Shown: in pieces, positions 53,470-63,310 of the stretch
Position numbering within the stretch: the first letter of the stretch is position 1
Layout: each line of letters begins with the position of its first letter
NCBI GenBank assembly: GCA_014859605.1
Contig: JACUTW010000001.1
Location: 14,527-78,526, forward strand
Origin: Desulfuromonadales bacterium
GTDB taxonomy: Bacteria; Desulfobacterota; Desulfuromonadia; Desulfuromonadales; UBA2197
Reading direction: 5' to 3'
DNA: 64,000 nt
Notes under the pieces: model-generated
Seen by the model: only the letters and a program-made list of their open reading frames with translations
Told to the model about the DNA's origin: nothing
The model's database searches: none
Made by a program: the position numbers and the translations under genes

Positions 53470-53498
53470 TGTCCGATAACTCCTTGAAAACTCTTCAA

Positions 53499-54479
53499 TT
53501 ACCAGCGCAGCAGGATGGCGCCCCACGTAAAGCCGCCGCCGAAAGCATCCAGCAGCACGTAATCGCCCTCCTTGATCTTGCCGCCCCGGTTTGCTTCATC
53601 CAGAGCCAGTGGGATTGATGCACTCGAAGTATTGCCGTAACGCTCGACGTTACAAAAGACCTGATCGGCTTGAAAGCCGACCCGCTTGGCCGTGGCATCG
53701 AGAATCCGCTGATTTGCCTGGTGGGGAATAAAGAGATTGATATCTGCGACTGTCAGTTGATTGGCGGCAATGGCCTCAAGAGCCACATCGGAAAGAGAAC
53801 GCACAGCCACTTTGAAGACTTCCGTCCCCTGCATCTTTAAAAAGGGGAGACGTTCTTTTAGACCATCTTCTGAAGCCGGATGCACGGATCCGAATCCTGG
53901 CTGATACAAAAGTTCGGCATACGAGCCATCCGAGTGGAGATGTGAAGAAAGGATCCCCTGCTCCCCTTCCTGCGCTTCAATAACGACCGCACCAGCGCCG
54001 TCGCCAAAGAGGACACAGGTATTGCGATCCTTCCAGTCGACAGCGCGGGTAAAGACCTCGGCACCGATGACCAGTGCCCGTTTGACCGTCCCGGCCGAGA
54101 TGAACGCACTGGCGTTGGCAAGAGCATAAACAAAACCACTGCAAGCCGCGGAAAGATCGTAGGCAAAGGCATTGGTTGCTTTGAGTTTTTCCTGTACGAC
54201 ACAAGCGGTCGCCGGCCAGGGATAATCGCCGGTAATTGTTGCGACGATAATCAGGTCAATCTGGCTGGCGGTCAGACCGGCCATCTCCAGAGCCCGCTCG
54301 GCAGCCTTGAAAGCAAGATCCGAGGTATATTCACCCTCAGCGGCAACATGGCGTTCACGAATGCCAGTGCGACTGGAAATCCATTCATCAGTGGTATCTA
54401 CAAACTTTTCCAGATCGAAATTGGTCAGGACTTTTTCCGGCGCATAGGAACCGGTCCCGATAATCCGTACTCTCTTCAT
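53499..54479 (-). CDS. fabH: Beta-ketoacyl-ACP synthase III
   Basis: Active-site SAACSGF, plus HQANQRI and GNTSSASIP motifs. Confidence 0.95.
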   Translation of the reverse strand: MKRVRIIGTGSYAPEKVLTNFDLEKFVDTTDEWISSRTGIRERHVAAEGEYTSDLAFKAAERALEMAGLTASQIDLIIVATITGDYPWPATACVVQEKLKATNAFAYDLSAACSGFVYALANASAFISAGTVKRALVIGAEVFTRAVDWKDRNTCVLFGDGAGAVVIEAQEGEQGILSSHLHSDGSYAELLYQPGFGSVHPASEDGLKERLPFLKMQGTEVFKVAVRSLSDVALEAIAANQLTVADINLFIPHQANQRILDATAKRVGFQADQVFCNVERYGNTSSASIPLALDEANRGGKIKEGDYVLLDAFGGGFTWGAILLRW

Positions 54480-54481
54480 CT

Positions 54482-55528
54482 TCAGACTCCGTCCTGCGCG
54501 GCAAACTCCCGCCTGATAACTTCTGCTGATGAGTCGCCCTTTAACTGAGCAACAAGCTTGTCGTTGATTTTGAGTTGCGCTGATTCGTGCGCCATACGGA
54601 CGGCATTCATCACCGCCTTGGCATTGGAACCGCCATGACAGATCATCCCGGTGCCATCGATACCAAGCAGCGGTGCCCCGCCATATTCAGCGTAATCGAC
54701 ACGTTTTTTAAAAGCGGCAAAAGCAGGACGTGCCAGCAAATACCCTAACTTGGCCAAGGGGTGAGCGGCAAATTCCCGACGCAAAATCGTCATCAAGGTA
54801 TCAGCCAGACCCTCCGCTGCCTTGAGAACAATATTTCCGACAAAGCCGTCGCAGACGACGACATCCACCTGCCCCTTAAAGATATCCCGGCCCTCAACAT
54901 AACCAATGTAGTTATAGGGCGCGTCCTTTAAAAGTGCGTGGGTTTCACGAGTCAGCTCATTCCCCTTGCACTCTTCCTCACCGTTGGACAACAGCCCGAC
55001 GCGGGGATGCTCCTTATGCAGAACATTGCGCGCATAGACCTCACCCATCAGGGCAAATTGCACCAGATGCTGGGCTTTACAATCGACATTGCCGCCGGCA
55101 TCAAGAAAGAGAGTCTGATCGTTGAGGTTGGGAAAGATGGTTGCGATTGCCGCCCGATCGATCCCGTGAATCCGCTTGAGAACAAACATCCCCGCCGCCA
55201 TAGTCGCACCGGAATTCCCGGCACTGACGACCGCGTGCGCCGCGCCATTCTTGACAAGTTCAAAAGCGACACGGATTGACGAATCCCGCTTTTTACGAAT
55301 AGCATCGGACGCTGAATCCATCATCCCAACGACTTCGCTGGCATGATGGATGGTAATATCGAGTCCCTTGATGTTGTGCCTGGCGAGCTCCACCTTAACC
55401 CGGTCGGCGTCGCCAACCAGAATCAAAGGGATATTCCAGCGACGCGCCGCCGCGACTGCACCTTCAACCTCAATGGCCGGAGCATTATCCCCTCCCATGA
55501 CGTCAACAGCAACAACATAACGAGACAT
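54482..55528 (-). CDS. plsX: Phosphate acyltransferase PlsX
   Basis: [10 protein letters not shown]-terminus and the SAGNSGA motif. Confidence 0.95.
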   Translation of the reverse strand: MSRYVVAVDVMGGDNAPAIEVEGAVAAARRWNIPLILVGDADRVKVELARHNIKGLDITIHHASEVVGMMDSASDAIRKKRDSSIRVAFELVKNGAAHAVVSAGNSGATMAAGMFVLKRIHGIDRAAIATIFPNLNDQTLFLDAGGNVDCKAQHLVQFALMGEVYARNVLHKEHPRVGLLSNGEEECKGNELTRETHALLKDAPYNYIGYVEGRDIFKGQVDVVVCDGFVGNIVLKAAEGLADTLMTILRREFAAHPLAKLGYLLARPAFAAFKKRVDYAEYGGAPLLGIDGTGMICHGGSNAKAVMNAVRMAHESAQLKINDKLVAQLKGDSSAEVIRREFAAQDGV

Positions 55529-55539
55529 GCCTGACGACC

Positions 55540-55722
55540 CTATTCAGCCGCTGCTTTGATCTCTTTTTTACCCTTATAGACGCCGCAGCTCGGGCAAACA
55601 CGATGCGACTGCTTCGGCTCTTTACATTCCGGGCAAACGGACATACCGGGGGGGGTCAAAGCGTCATGAGCACGGCGCATGTCGCGTTTTGATTTGGACG
55701 TCTTCTTCTTGGGAACTGCCAT
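55540..55722 (-). CDS. rpmF: 50S ribosomal protein L32
   Basis: [19 protein letters not shown], with the CPxC...CPSC zinc ribbon. Confidence 0.95.
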   Translation of the reverse strand: MAVPKKKTSKSKRDMRRAHDALTPPGMSVCPECKEPKQSHRVCPSCGVYKGKKEIKAAAE

Positions 55723-55819
55723 GGGTTCATCTCCTGTTCATGGGGAGTCATAAATTTGGACTCCCGGTCTTTATTTTGTCCTGTCCCGAAGGAAAAGGAT
55801 CAGGTCATCGTGATACACG

Positions 55820-56371
55820 TCAGTTAATCTTTATATTTTTGAGTGCAGAAAACTTTTTAGCAAAATCAGGAGGAGCACAATGGCACTTCTTTTCATTTAA
55901 ATCAATGCCACAGTAAGGACAAAGCCCCTGACACCCTACGGAACAAAGGGGGCGAACCGGCAGAGCCAGAAAGAACTGTTCGCCGATCGCCTCGGTCAAA
56001 TCGATGGAATCACCGACAAAAGGGATCAATCCAAGGTCTTCTGCGCTCAGCTCCACACCCTCTTCGTCATCAACTCCGTCATCGTGAACCGTCAGAGGTT
56101 CATTGGTAAAGGTCAGGTCAAAAGATTCATCCAGATCAAAAGTAAAATCCTTCAGACAGCGCCCGCAGGTCGAGTCGATCGTCGTTGTGATCCGCCCTCT
56201 AACCTCAATCAAGCCGGAAATTCGGCTTAAAGTGACCTCAACATTGATCGGTGCTTGCAATTTAAAATCCCCGGACTCCTCCCAGGCCGAAGCGTCAGGA
56301 AAGTCGTGGGGGGCAAGCCGGTAATGACAGGTTGTTCCGTGATCTTTTATTTGATCGAGCTGAATGATCAT
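55820..56371 (-). CDS. yceD: YceD/DUF177 family protein
   Basis: Conserved position upstream of rpmF-plsX. C-terminal Cys cluster (CSVGCQGLCPYCGIDLN). Confidence 0.85.
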   Translation of the reverse strand: MIIQLDQIKDHGTTCHYRLAPHDFPDASAWEESGDFKLQAPINVEVTLSRISGLIEVRGRITTTIDSTCGRCLKDFTFDLDESFDLTFTNEPLTVHDDGVDDEEGVELSAEDLGLIPFVGDSIDLTEAIGEQFFLALPVRPLCSVGCQGLCPYCGIDLNEKKCHCAPPDFAKKFSALKNIKIN

Positions 56372-56620
56372 CTTTGATCGATCCTGCCGAAGGGGCCTAG
56401 TATAAGCAGGGACCGCCCGGTGTCAAGGGAAAAGGGGCATAATGCCGGGAGCCCGAAAAACGAGGACATTCTTTAGCCTATTCCAAAACAATTTGCAAGA
56501 AGTTAATAGATAAGGCGAATACATCTTAAATATCAAATTGTTACACATCGATTAATCATTACCTGATCTGCCCGGAGCGACGACGGGATGAGCAGAAAAA
56601 TTCCCGGTAATGTCAACAAT

Positions 56621-57475
56621 TCACTTGATTTTTCCCCGAAAACGCTCGGGCAGTTCTGCCAGAGTGGCGGCATCGGGATAGCGGCCCTCTTCCCTTTTCA
56701 ACCGGGCTATCCGTTCCTTTAAGGGGGGATGCGTCGAGAACCAGGACCCCTTTTTGACACTGGAAGCTTCAAGTTTCTGCAATCGTTCGAGAACCCGAAT
56801 CATCGCCAGAGGATTATAACCGGCGCGATAGCTGGTCTCCATCGCCGCCAGATCAGCTTCAAACTCCATCCCCTTATCGAGCCCCTGATCAAAGAGCTTG
56901 CTTTGCAAATCGCCGATCAAAGCTTGATACTCCTTCCCCTTGCTGCCACTGGTCGCTGCCGTAATCGTCCCGACTCCCTGAAAAAATTGTGCCCTCTGCG
57001 TACTTTTGAGGGCATGTTTAGCCGCAACGTGGCCAATTTCATGCGCCAGGACAGCCGCAAGTTCAGCTTCATTCGCTAAGGTCTCCAGAAGGGCTCTGCT
57101 GATAAAGATCACCCCTCCCGGAGCGGCAAAGGCATTCTGAACCGGACTGTCAAGGACCGTGAAATAGTAAGGGATTGTCGAACGCAGACTGCTTTGCGCC
57201 ACCACTGCCCCGACAAGATTGACATACTGCTGCAGACTTTCATTGGCGACCGGCCGTCCAAAGCGCTGCATACTCTCCAGGGCGAGAGCTTCACCAATCG
57301 TCCGCTCCGTTGTGTAATCGATCTCTTTGCTGCTGCTCAGCACTTGCGTCGTGCCGGACAGAATCTTGCGCTCTTTTGACTCGGGATCGGCCAACTTCTG
57401 CAACTGATCCATCCAGGCGGCGCTGGCGGTCACGGCAATCCCCAGAAAACACAATATCAACAGATATCTTTTCAT
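56621..57475 (-). CDS. M48 family periplasmic zinc metalloprotease
   Basis: Start set at MKRYLLILCFLG (signal peptide). HEIGH zinc motif (AHEIGHVAAKH) with a downstream E ligand region. Confidence 0.8.
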   Translation of the reverse strand: MKRYLLILCFLGIAVTASAAWMDQLQKLADPESKERKILSGTTQVLSSSKEIDYTTERTIGEALALESMQRFGRPVANESLQQYVNLVGAVVAQSSLRSTIPYYFTVLDSPVQNAFAAPGGVIFISRALLETLANEAELAAVLAHEIGHVAAKHALKSTQRAQFFQGVGTITAATSGSKGKEYQALIGDLQSKLFDQGLDKGMEFEADLAAMETSYRAGYNPLAMIRVLERLQKLEASSVKKGSWFSTHPPLKERIARLKREEGRYPDAATLAELPERFRGKIK

Positions 57476-57491
57476 CGTTAGCATCCTCTCC

Positions 57492-58034
57492 CTACTGCGC
57501 GTATTCGCCAAGTTTTCCGGCGCGCATAAAGCTGGTGATCTCCCCTTTACTCACCTGCCGCGCCAAGATCCGGTCAAGAGCCTGGCGATACTTCAGCGGA
57601 GTGCCGCGTTCCTTGGCGTAACTCTCAGTCTCCGCCGACAGGCCGCGAACGCTGCGAGCACTATCCGCCTGAGCGATTTCAACCTGACTCTGCTGCGCCG
57701 CGGCAGCAAAGAGTCCTTCGCTTGCAGCTACCTCAGTGACCGGCGGAATCGCCGACAGGCGGCCGGCAAAGACCCAGCCCCTCTCTTTGCTCGCACTTTG
57801 CACCTTCAACCAGCGTCCGGCATTTTCCAGCACCTGCACCTCAGCACCGACCGCCAGGGGAAGAATATCAGCAGAGCTCGCCACGGCTTCCGCTTTCAGC
57901 GTGGTCCCGGTCCCGACGACCCAACGGATTTCAGCCGCCGTCGAAGGGGAAGTCGTTGTTGTTAGATCTCCGGCTGTAGCGGCGCAGCCGAGCAACAGCA
58001 AACAAATACTACCAAGCACGAGGATATTGCGCAT
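57492..58034 (-). CDS. Lipoprotein with an SH3-like domain
   Basis: Lipobox LLLGC. SH3_3-like segment (LKAEAVASSADILPLAVGAEVQVLENAGRWLKVQ...GWVFAGRL). C-terminal helical domain of unknown function. Confidence 0.55.
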   Translation of the reverse strand: MRNILVLGSICLLLLGCAATAGDLTTTTSPSTAAEIRWVVGTGTTLKAEAVASSADILPLAVGAEVQVLENAGRWLKVQSASKERGWVFAGRLSAIPPVTEVAASEGLFAAAAQQSQVEIAQADSARSVRGLSAETESYAKERGTPLKYRQALDRILARQVSKGEITSFMRAGKLGEYAQ

Positions 58035-58078
58035 AGCGTCATAACTCCTTTAAACAAGCAAGCTGTTTCCCGCGCGCA

Positions 58079-58834
58079 TCAACGCGGCAGGATGACATGA
58101 GTGACCAGCCGATCAATCCCTAATGCCGTAAGATTATCAGGAATTTCACCGATCTCAATAAACTGGGTATTTCCCCCTTGCAGTAAAGGCAAAGGACTTT
58201 GCGGGGAGCTGAGGGTAAAGACCTCGCCGCAGCCGGCCGGGCAGCCGCGATCACCGCCGCCGCGGCGAAAAGGACAGTTCCGGCTTGAGGTGACCATAGC
58301 AAAGGGGGCATGCAGCGTACCCCGCAAAGATGGCGGGATGGCAGCAATCCCTTGGGGCGGGTAGTCCAGCTCGATCCGCCTTACCCCCAACTCGCTCAGG
58401 AGCAGTCGCACTTCGCTAGAATGAAAGCGACTGGCCTGAAAATACTCCAACTGCTCCGGAGCAAGGGTGTTATCGAGGATTTGCGGTCCGCGCTTCTGTC
58501 CGGAAAGGGCGCGACCGAGAACGACTTCCTGGTGGGGAGCAATCTTTTTGATCAGCAAAAAAGCCCCCCAATCCGAGATAACGATCTCGTCTGCAGGGAG
58601 AAAAGAGGGGAGGACCTGAGCCAGGATCGTTTGCAGAGACGCGAGAAAAAATTCCCCGAAGACCGGCGTCACCAGGGTCAGCGGCAGAGAAGCGTTACGC
58701 GCCAGCTGCATTCCCCGGCGGATTTCGACAAGATCCGGAAAGGTCCACGGGCAGAACTCGGCCCCGAGATAAAGCCGGTCGACACCACTGAGGTCCGGAG
58801 TTTCTCCCGAAGGGAGAAAAAGAGCCTGTTCCAC
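58079..58834 (-). CDS. Short U32-family (UbiV-like) putative Fe-S protein
   Basis: RLYLGAEFCPW resembles the YLGE..C motif of the U32 family, and SSRNCPFRRGGGDRGCPAGC supplies a C-X10-C-X3-C cluster. No signal peptide. Confidence 0.45.
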   Translation of the reverse strand: MEQALFLPSGETPDLSGVDRLYLGAEFCPWTFPDLVEIRRGMQLARNASLPLTLVTPVFGEFFLASLQTILAQVLPSFLPADEIVISDWGAFLLIKKIAPHQEVVLGRALSGQKRGPQILDNTLAPEQLEYFQASRFHSSEVRLLLSELGVRRIELDYPPQGIAAIPPSLRGTLHAPFAMVTSSRNCPFRRGGGDRGCPAGCGEVFTLSSPQSPLPLLQGGNTQFIEIGEIPDNLTALGIDRLVTHVILPR

Positions 58835-58836
58835 GA

Positions 58837-60663
58837 CTAACCGCCTTTGCGTCCCTGGACGCGCAAGGTCAAACTCTGTCCCGGCTGCAGAATATGTTTA
58901 TTGTCAAGATTGTTCCAGGCCAGAACCTGCGCCGGGTTGACAGCGTATTGCCGGGCGATCTTGTAAACGGTATCGCCCTTCTTCACCTTATAAACGATCT
59001 TATTTTCGTTTAGAGGCGATTTTTTTGCAGCGGGAGCCGTCCCCTTTTTGCTCGTAGTTTTGGCCGTAACGGTTGGAGTTTGTGCACTCTTCTTGCCCGG
59101 CCCGACGCGGAGGACCTGCCCGATCTGCAGACGGCTCCTGTCAGTCAAACGATTCCAGCTCTTCAGCTGCGCCAGGGTCGCACCGCTGTTCCGGGCAATT
59201 TTGCTTAAGGTATCCCCCTTCTTCACCTTATACGACCTGGACGTGGCGATCTTGCTCACCACCGGATCGTCAAGCAGGTCTTCCCGCGGGATCGCATCCA
59301 CCCCCGCCCGCAAAGGGATAGCGAGATTGCGCCCGACCTTGACGTTTTTGGCCGTGGATAATGAGTTTGCCCGCAAAATGTCGTCAACACTCAATCGGTA
59401 CTGCTTGGCCAAACCTTGAACGGTCTCGCCTTTGGCGAATTTGTGTACTTTATAATTCCGGCGCTCGTTGGCAGGGAGCTCAGCATAAGCCGCCAGAAAA
59501 GTATCTTTCGTCCCGAGCGGCAGGTTAATTTGATAGCTTTGCAGCTGGGGAGGGGTACACCAGCGTTTCAACTCGGGATTAAGGGACTTGATCTCACCAT
59601 AGCTGCTGTCGGCAAGACGGGCGACCACGGCAAGATCAAGGGGACCGTCCACTGTCACCTTGTCACAGGCGATCGGCTCAAGAAACTGCGTATCGATAAA
59701 ACCGTAGCGCTCCGGTTGTTTGGCGATAAGGAGCACCGCCAAAAGTTTGGGGACATAATTCCTGGTCTCCTGAGGCAGGTGCAGGTTATGGGAAATCTCC
59801 CAGAAATCTCTACTGCCACTGCGTTCAATCGCCCGCGCCACCGCGCCCGGTCCGGCGTTATAAGCGGCCACCGCTAGATACCAATCGCCATTGAATATCC
59901 CGTAAAGCTCCTTGAGAAAACGGGCGGCGGCATGTGTTGACTTTTCAAAGTCGCGACGTTCATCCCACCAGTAATCCGCTTTTAAACCGAAGATCTTGCC
60001 GGTACTCGGGATAAACTGCCAGGGGCCGGAAGCATGCGCCCAGCTGTAAGCTTTGGGGTTTAAGCCGGATTCGACAATCGACAGATAGACCAGATCGCGC
60101 GGCAGTCCTTCGGCGGCAAAGACCTCCTGCATATAAGGGAGATATCGGGAAGAACGCTCCAACCAGCGATTGAAGACGTTGCGGCCGGGTCCGGTGAAGT
60201 AATCGATATAGTACTGAACCTTTTGATTTTCAACGACCGGAAAATCGAATTGCAACTCCGTCACCTCGACCGTTGCCCCTTCATCTTCCGGCGGACTCGT
60301 TTCCTCTTCAGCCAGGATCAGCGCCTCTTCCATCGTCTCGGAATCGACCAGGGTCAAAGCTTCATCATCCTCTTCAGCTCCATCATCGGTCAGAAGGAGA
60401 GAACCTGCGGACGGCTGCCCGGCTGCCGACGGCGAAGTGACGGCAGATACCGATACAGAGACCGACACCAACTGCAACGCTGTCTCATGAGACAACTCCG
60501 CAGCCCTTTGTTGTTCCAGAATTGATTGGGGAAGTTGCAATGAGGGGCTAACGGTTCGTTCTGCCCAAGTTTCCAGGGGAGCGGACGAGGCAACACAGAG
60601 ATCTCCGCTCGCCAGGGACAGAAAGAGAAAGATCAGAAGGGGAAGAGAGCGGTTCAACGGCAT
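58837..60663 (-). CDS. Membrane-bound lytic murein transglycosylase (MltD-like) with three C-terminal LysM domains
   Basis: SLT catalytic motif (LSIVESGLNPKAYSWAHASGPWQF). LysM repeats (KGETVQGLAKQY.., KKGDTLSKIARN.., KKGDTVYKIARQY..). Start set at MPLNRSLPLLIF. Confidence 0.85.
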   Translation of the reverse strand: MPLNRSLPLLIFLFLSLASGDLCVASSAPLETWAERTVSPSLQLPQSILEQQRAAELSHETALQLVSVSVSVSAVTSPSAAGQPSAGSLLLTDDGAEEDDEALTLVDSETMEEALILAEEETSPPEDEGATVEVTELQFDFPVVENQKVQYYIDYFTGPGRNVFNRWLERSSRYLPYMQEVFAAEGLPRDLVYLSIVESGLNPKAYSWAHASGPWQFIPSTGKIFGLKADYWWDERRDFEKSTHAAARFLKELYGIFNGDWYLAVAAYNAGPGAVARAIERSGSRDFWEISHNLHLPQETRNYVPKLLAVLLIAKQPERYGFIDTQFLEPIACDKVTVDGPLDLAVVARLADSSYGEIKSLNPELKRWCTPPQLQSYQINLPLGTKDTFLAAYAELPANERRNYKVHKFAKGETVQGLAKQYRLSVDDILRANSLSTAKNVKVGRNLAIPLRAGVDAIPREDLLDDPVVSKIATSRSYKVKKGDTLSKIARNSGATLAQLKSWNRLTDRSRLQIGQVLRVGPGKKSAQTPTVTAKTTSKKGTAPAAKKSPLNENKIVYKVKKGDTVYKIARQYAVNPAQVLAWNNLDNKHILQPGQSLTLRVQGRKGG

Positions 60664-60718
60664 GCAAAATCTCCAGGCGCATTGGTTCAATACAGGGTAA
60701 AGAAAGTCGCAGTACGGG

Positions 60719-62374
60719 TCAAGCTTCTAAGTCTGTCAACCCGGCTTCAGAGTTCGGCCAGCACCGCCGTTCCATTTCCGCCAGCAGCGGGCCAAAGCTC
60801 TTGCGATCACGAGCCGAGACTGGCAGCGCTGCATAGCGACGGCAGAGCGGCTCGATTTCATCAGGAGGGACACGATCAATCTTGTTAAAGACAAGGAGAC
60901 GGGGGATCTTGCCGAGATCGAGCTCGCCAAGAATCGCCTCGACAGCGACAATATGTTCAGCAAAACGGGGGTGCGAGAGATCGACAACGTGGAGAAGGAG
61001 ATCGGCATCCTCCAACTCTTCGAGCGTCGACTTAAAGGCCCCGACCAGACTCTTCGGCAGTCGGCGAATAAATCCGACCGTATCGGTGATGATCACCTCC
61101 CGCTCCAGGGGAAAACGCAGCCGCCGGCTCGACGTATCGAGGGTGGCAAAGAGGAGGTCTTCGGTAAAGATCTCACTCTGGGTCAGGGCATTTAGGAGGG
61201 TCGACTTGCCGGCATTGGTGTAGCCGACGATCGAGATGATCGGTACGCCGGCACGAATACGCTTTTGCCGGCGCTGGAAACGCCCCTTGGAGAGTTCCTC
61301 CAGCTGTTTTTCGAGGCGGCTGATACGCTCGCGAATGCGCCGGCGATCGACCTCCAGCTTGGTCTCCCCCGGACCGCGCCCGCCGATCCCCCCCATCAAC
61401 CGGGAAAGGACCAGCCCCTTGCCGATGAGCCGGGGCATGATGTACTTGAGCTGTGCCAGTTCGACCTGCACCTTGCCGTCACGAGTGTGAGCACGGCGGG
61501 CAAAGATATCGAGAATCAACTGGGTGCGGTCGATAATCTTGAGCTCGGTGACTTCCGAGATCGAGCGCACCTGCGATGGCGAAAGATCCTGATCGAAGAC
61601 CAGGAGAGTGGCCCCCTGCTCCAAAGCACTGATGATAACTTCCCGCAGCTTCCCTTCTCCCAGCAAGTATTTCGGATTGATCTGCCGGCTGCGCTGCAAC
61701 ACCCGGTCAAGAATCACCAGATCGGCGGTACGCGCCAGTTCGGCTAGTTCATCGAGAGAATCTTCCGCCTCTTCGCGCGATTCGTTACTGACGGAAATAA
61801 GGATGGCGCGTTCCCGTGGGTCGCCGAGATCGACGGTCTCAGCAAGGCGACGCTCCATCTCCCCTTCGAGGGCATGCATGAACTCTTGCGGGTCGATCGA
61901 CAAATCATAGATCGAAGAGGCAGAAGCGACTTCAACCTTCTCCTTGTCCCCTTGCGAAGGGAGCAAAAAGGCATAATCGATGCGACCGGGCAGACCGGCG
62001 TTCGTCACCTGCAGCGCCATCATCATATCAAGACGCAAGAGCGAGAGGTCAGCTAGATCATCACGGCTGAGGGGTTCGTCGCGCAGATGGGTATGCAGAC
62101 AGCGCACCCCGCGCAAACGACTCCGGCCAAGGCTTAAGCCCGAAAGATCCGGGATAACAATTTGCCGGTCGTCGCCGACAATGATGTGACGAATCGCCCC
62201 GAAACGATCGATGATCAGACCGACCTGGCGCTTGATCTCAAAGGAACGCTCAGCAAGTTCGCGGGCTAATTCCGGGGTGAGAAGTTGATCCGCCGGCAGT
62301 CGCCGTTGGTAAAGACGTTCGAGATTCTGAATCTGCGCGGCCCGCAGTCCGGTCAGATTGCCATGCACAACCAT
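60719..62374 (-). CDS. hflX: GTPase HflX with an N-terminal extension of about 185 aa
   Basis: HflX N-domain (GEGKLREV.., IDRTQLILDIFARRAHTRDGKVQVELAQL). G1 motif GYTNAGKST and G4 motif NKID. The canonical region starts near residue 185. Confidence 0.92.
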   Translation of the reverse strand: MVVHGNLTGLRAAQIQNLERLYQRRLPADQLLTPELARELAERSFEIKRQVGLIIDRFGAIRHIIVGDDRQIVIPDLSGLSLGRSRLRGVRCLHTHLRDEPLSRDDLADLSLLRLDMMMALQVTNAGLPGRIDYAFLLPSQGDKEKVEVASASSIYDLSIDPQEFMHALEGEMERRLAETVDLGDPRERAILISVSNESREEAEDSLDELAELARTADLVILDRVLQRSRQINPKYLLGEGKLREVIISALEQGATLLVFDQDLSPSQVRSISEVTELKIIDRTQLILDIFARRAHTRDGKVQVELAQLKYIMPRLIGKGLVLSRLMGGIGGRGPGETKLEVDRRRIRERISRLEKQLEELSKGRFQRRQKRIRAGVPIISIVGYTNAGKSTLLNALTQSEIFTEDLLFATLDTSSRRLRFPLEREVIITDTVGFIRRLPKSLVGAFKSTLEELEDADLLLHVVDLSHPRFAEHIVAVEAILGELDLGKIPRLLVFNKIDRVPPDEIEPLCRRYAALPVSARDRKSFGPLLAEMERRCWPNSEAGLTDLEA

Positions 62375-62395
62375 CTAGCGCCCTCCCCCAGACAC

Positions 62396-62421
62396 AAAAA
62401 GAGCCCGGAGGGGCCCTTTTT
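62396..62421. terminator. Short hairpin flanked by A5/T5 between fabI and hflX
   Basis: AAAAAGAGCCC-GGAG-GGGCCCTTTTT, with one mismatch in the stem. Confidence 0.55.
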
Positions 62422-62451
62422 GTGAAACGGAACAATAATGGGAAAAACTGA

Positions 62452-63225
62452 TCATCCGGAAACGACGACAAAGTTGAAGCCGGCATCGACATAATGCACT
62501 TCACCGGTGACGCCGCTGGAGAGGTCGGAAAGGAGATATAAAGACGATTTGCCGACTTCGTCCTGGGTCACGGTCCGGCGCAGCGGAGCATAATCGTCCA
62601 TCAGCTTGATCTTCGCCTTGAAATTGGCGATCCCCGACGCGGCCAGGGTCTTGATCGGCCCGGCGGAGATGGCGTTGACACGAATCCCCTTCTCACCCAA
62701 TTCGGCGGCAAGATAAAGGACCGAAGATTCCAGGGCAGCTTTGGCCACGCCCATGACGTTGTAATTGGGGACATAGCGAACGGCACCGAGATAACTCATG
62801 GTGAGGATACTGCCGCCTTCATTCATGACCGGGATGGCATAACGCGTCACCGCAACGAACGAATAGGCACTGATGTCGAGAGCCAGGAGAAACCCTTCGC
62901 GACTGGTCTGTGAAAAGGGTTGTTTCAGATCTTCGCGATTGGCATAAGCGACCGCGTGAACCACAAAATCGATCTTCCCCCAACGCTTGCCAATCTCAGT
63001 GAAGACCGCTTCAATCTCTTCGTCTTTAGCGACATCGCAAGGCAAGATAACATCCGAACCGAGACTCTCGGCCAGGGGACGCACCCGCTTTTCCAGGGCC
63101 TCATTCAGGTAGGTGAAAGCAATTTCTGCCCCCTGCTTCTTCAATTGCTGCGCAATCCCCCAGGCAATACTCATGTCATTGGCGACACCAAAAATTACAC
63201 CCCGTTTACCACTCATCAAACCCAT
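62452..63225 (-). CDS. fabI: Enoyl-ACP reductase (NADH), FabI
   Basis: GKRGVIFGVANDMSIAWGIA N-terminus and the Y..MGVAKAALE catalytic Tyr/Lys motif. Confidence 0.95.
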   Translation of the reverse strand: MGLMSGKRGVIFGVANDMSIAWGIAQQLKKQGAEIAFTYLNEALEKRVRPLAESLGSDVILPCDVAKDEEIEAVFTEIGKRWGKIDFVVHAVAYANREDLKQPFSQTSREGFLLALDISAYSFVAVTRYAIPVMNEGGSILTMSYLGAVRYVPNYNVMGVAKAALESSVLYLAAELGEKGIRVNAISAGPIKTLAASGIANFKAKIKLMDDYAPLRRTVTQDEVGKSSLYLLSDLSSGVTGEVHYVDAGFNFVVVSG

Positions 63226-63310
63226 CTAATACTCTCCTTCGTAGACAAAAATCGGTGTTCATTTTTAACAGAAGTACGCGAATAAATCAACGCTTGCCCT
63301 GCCCCACAAC

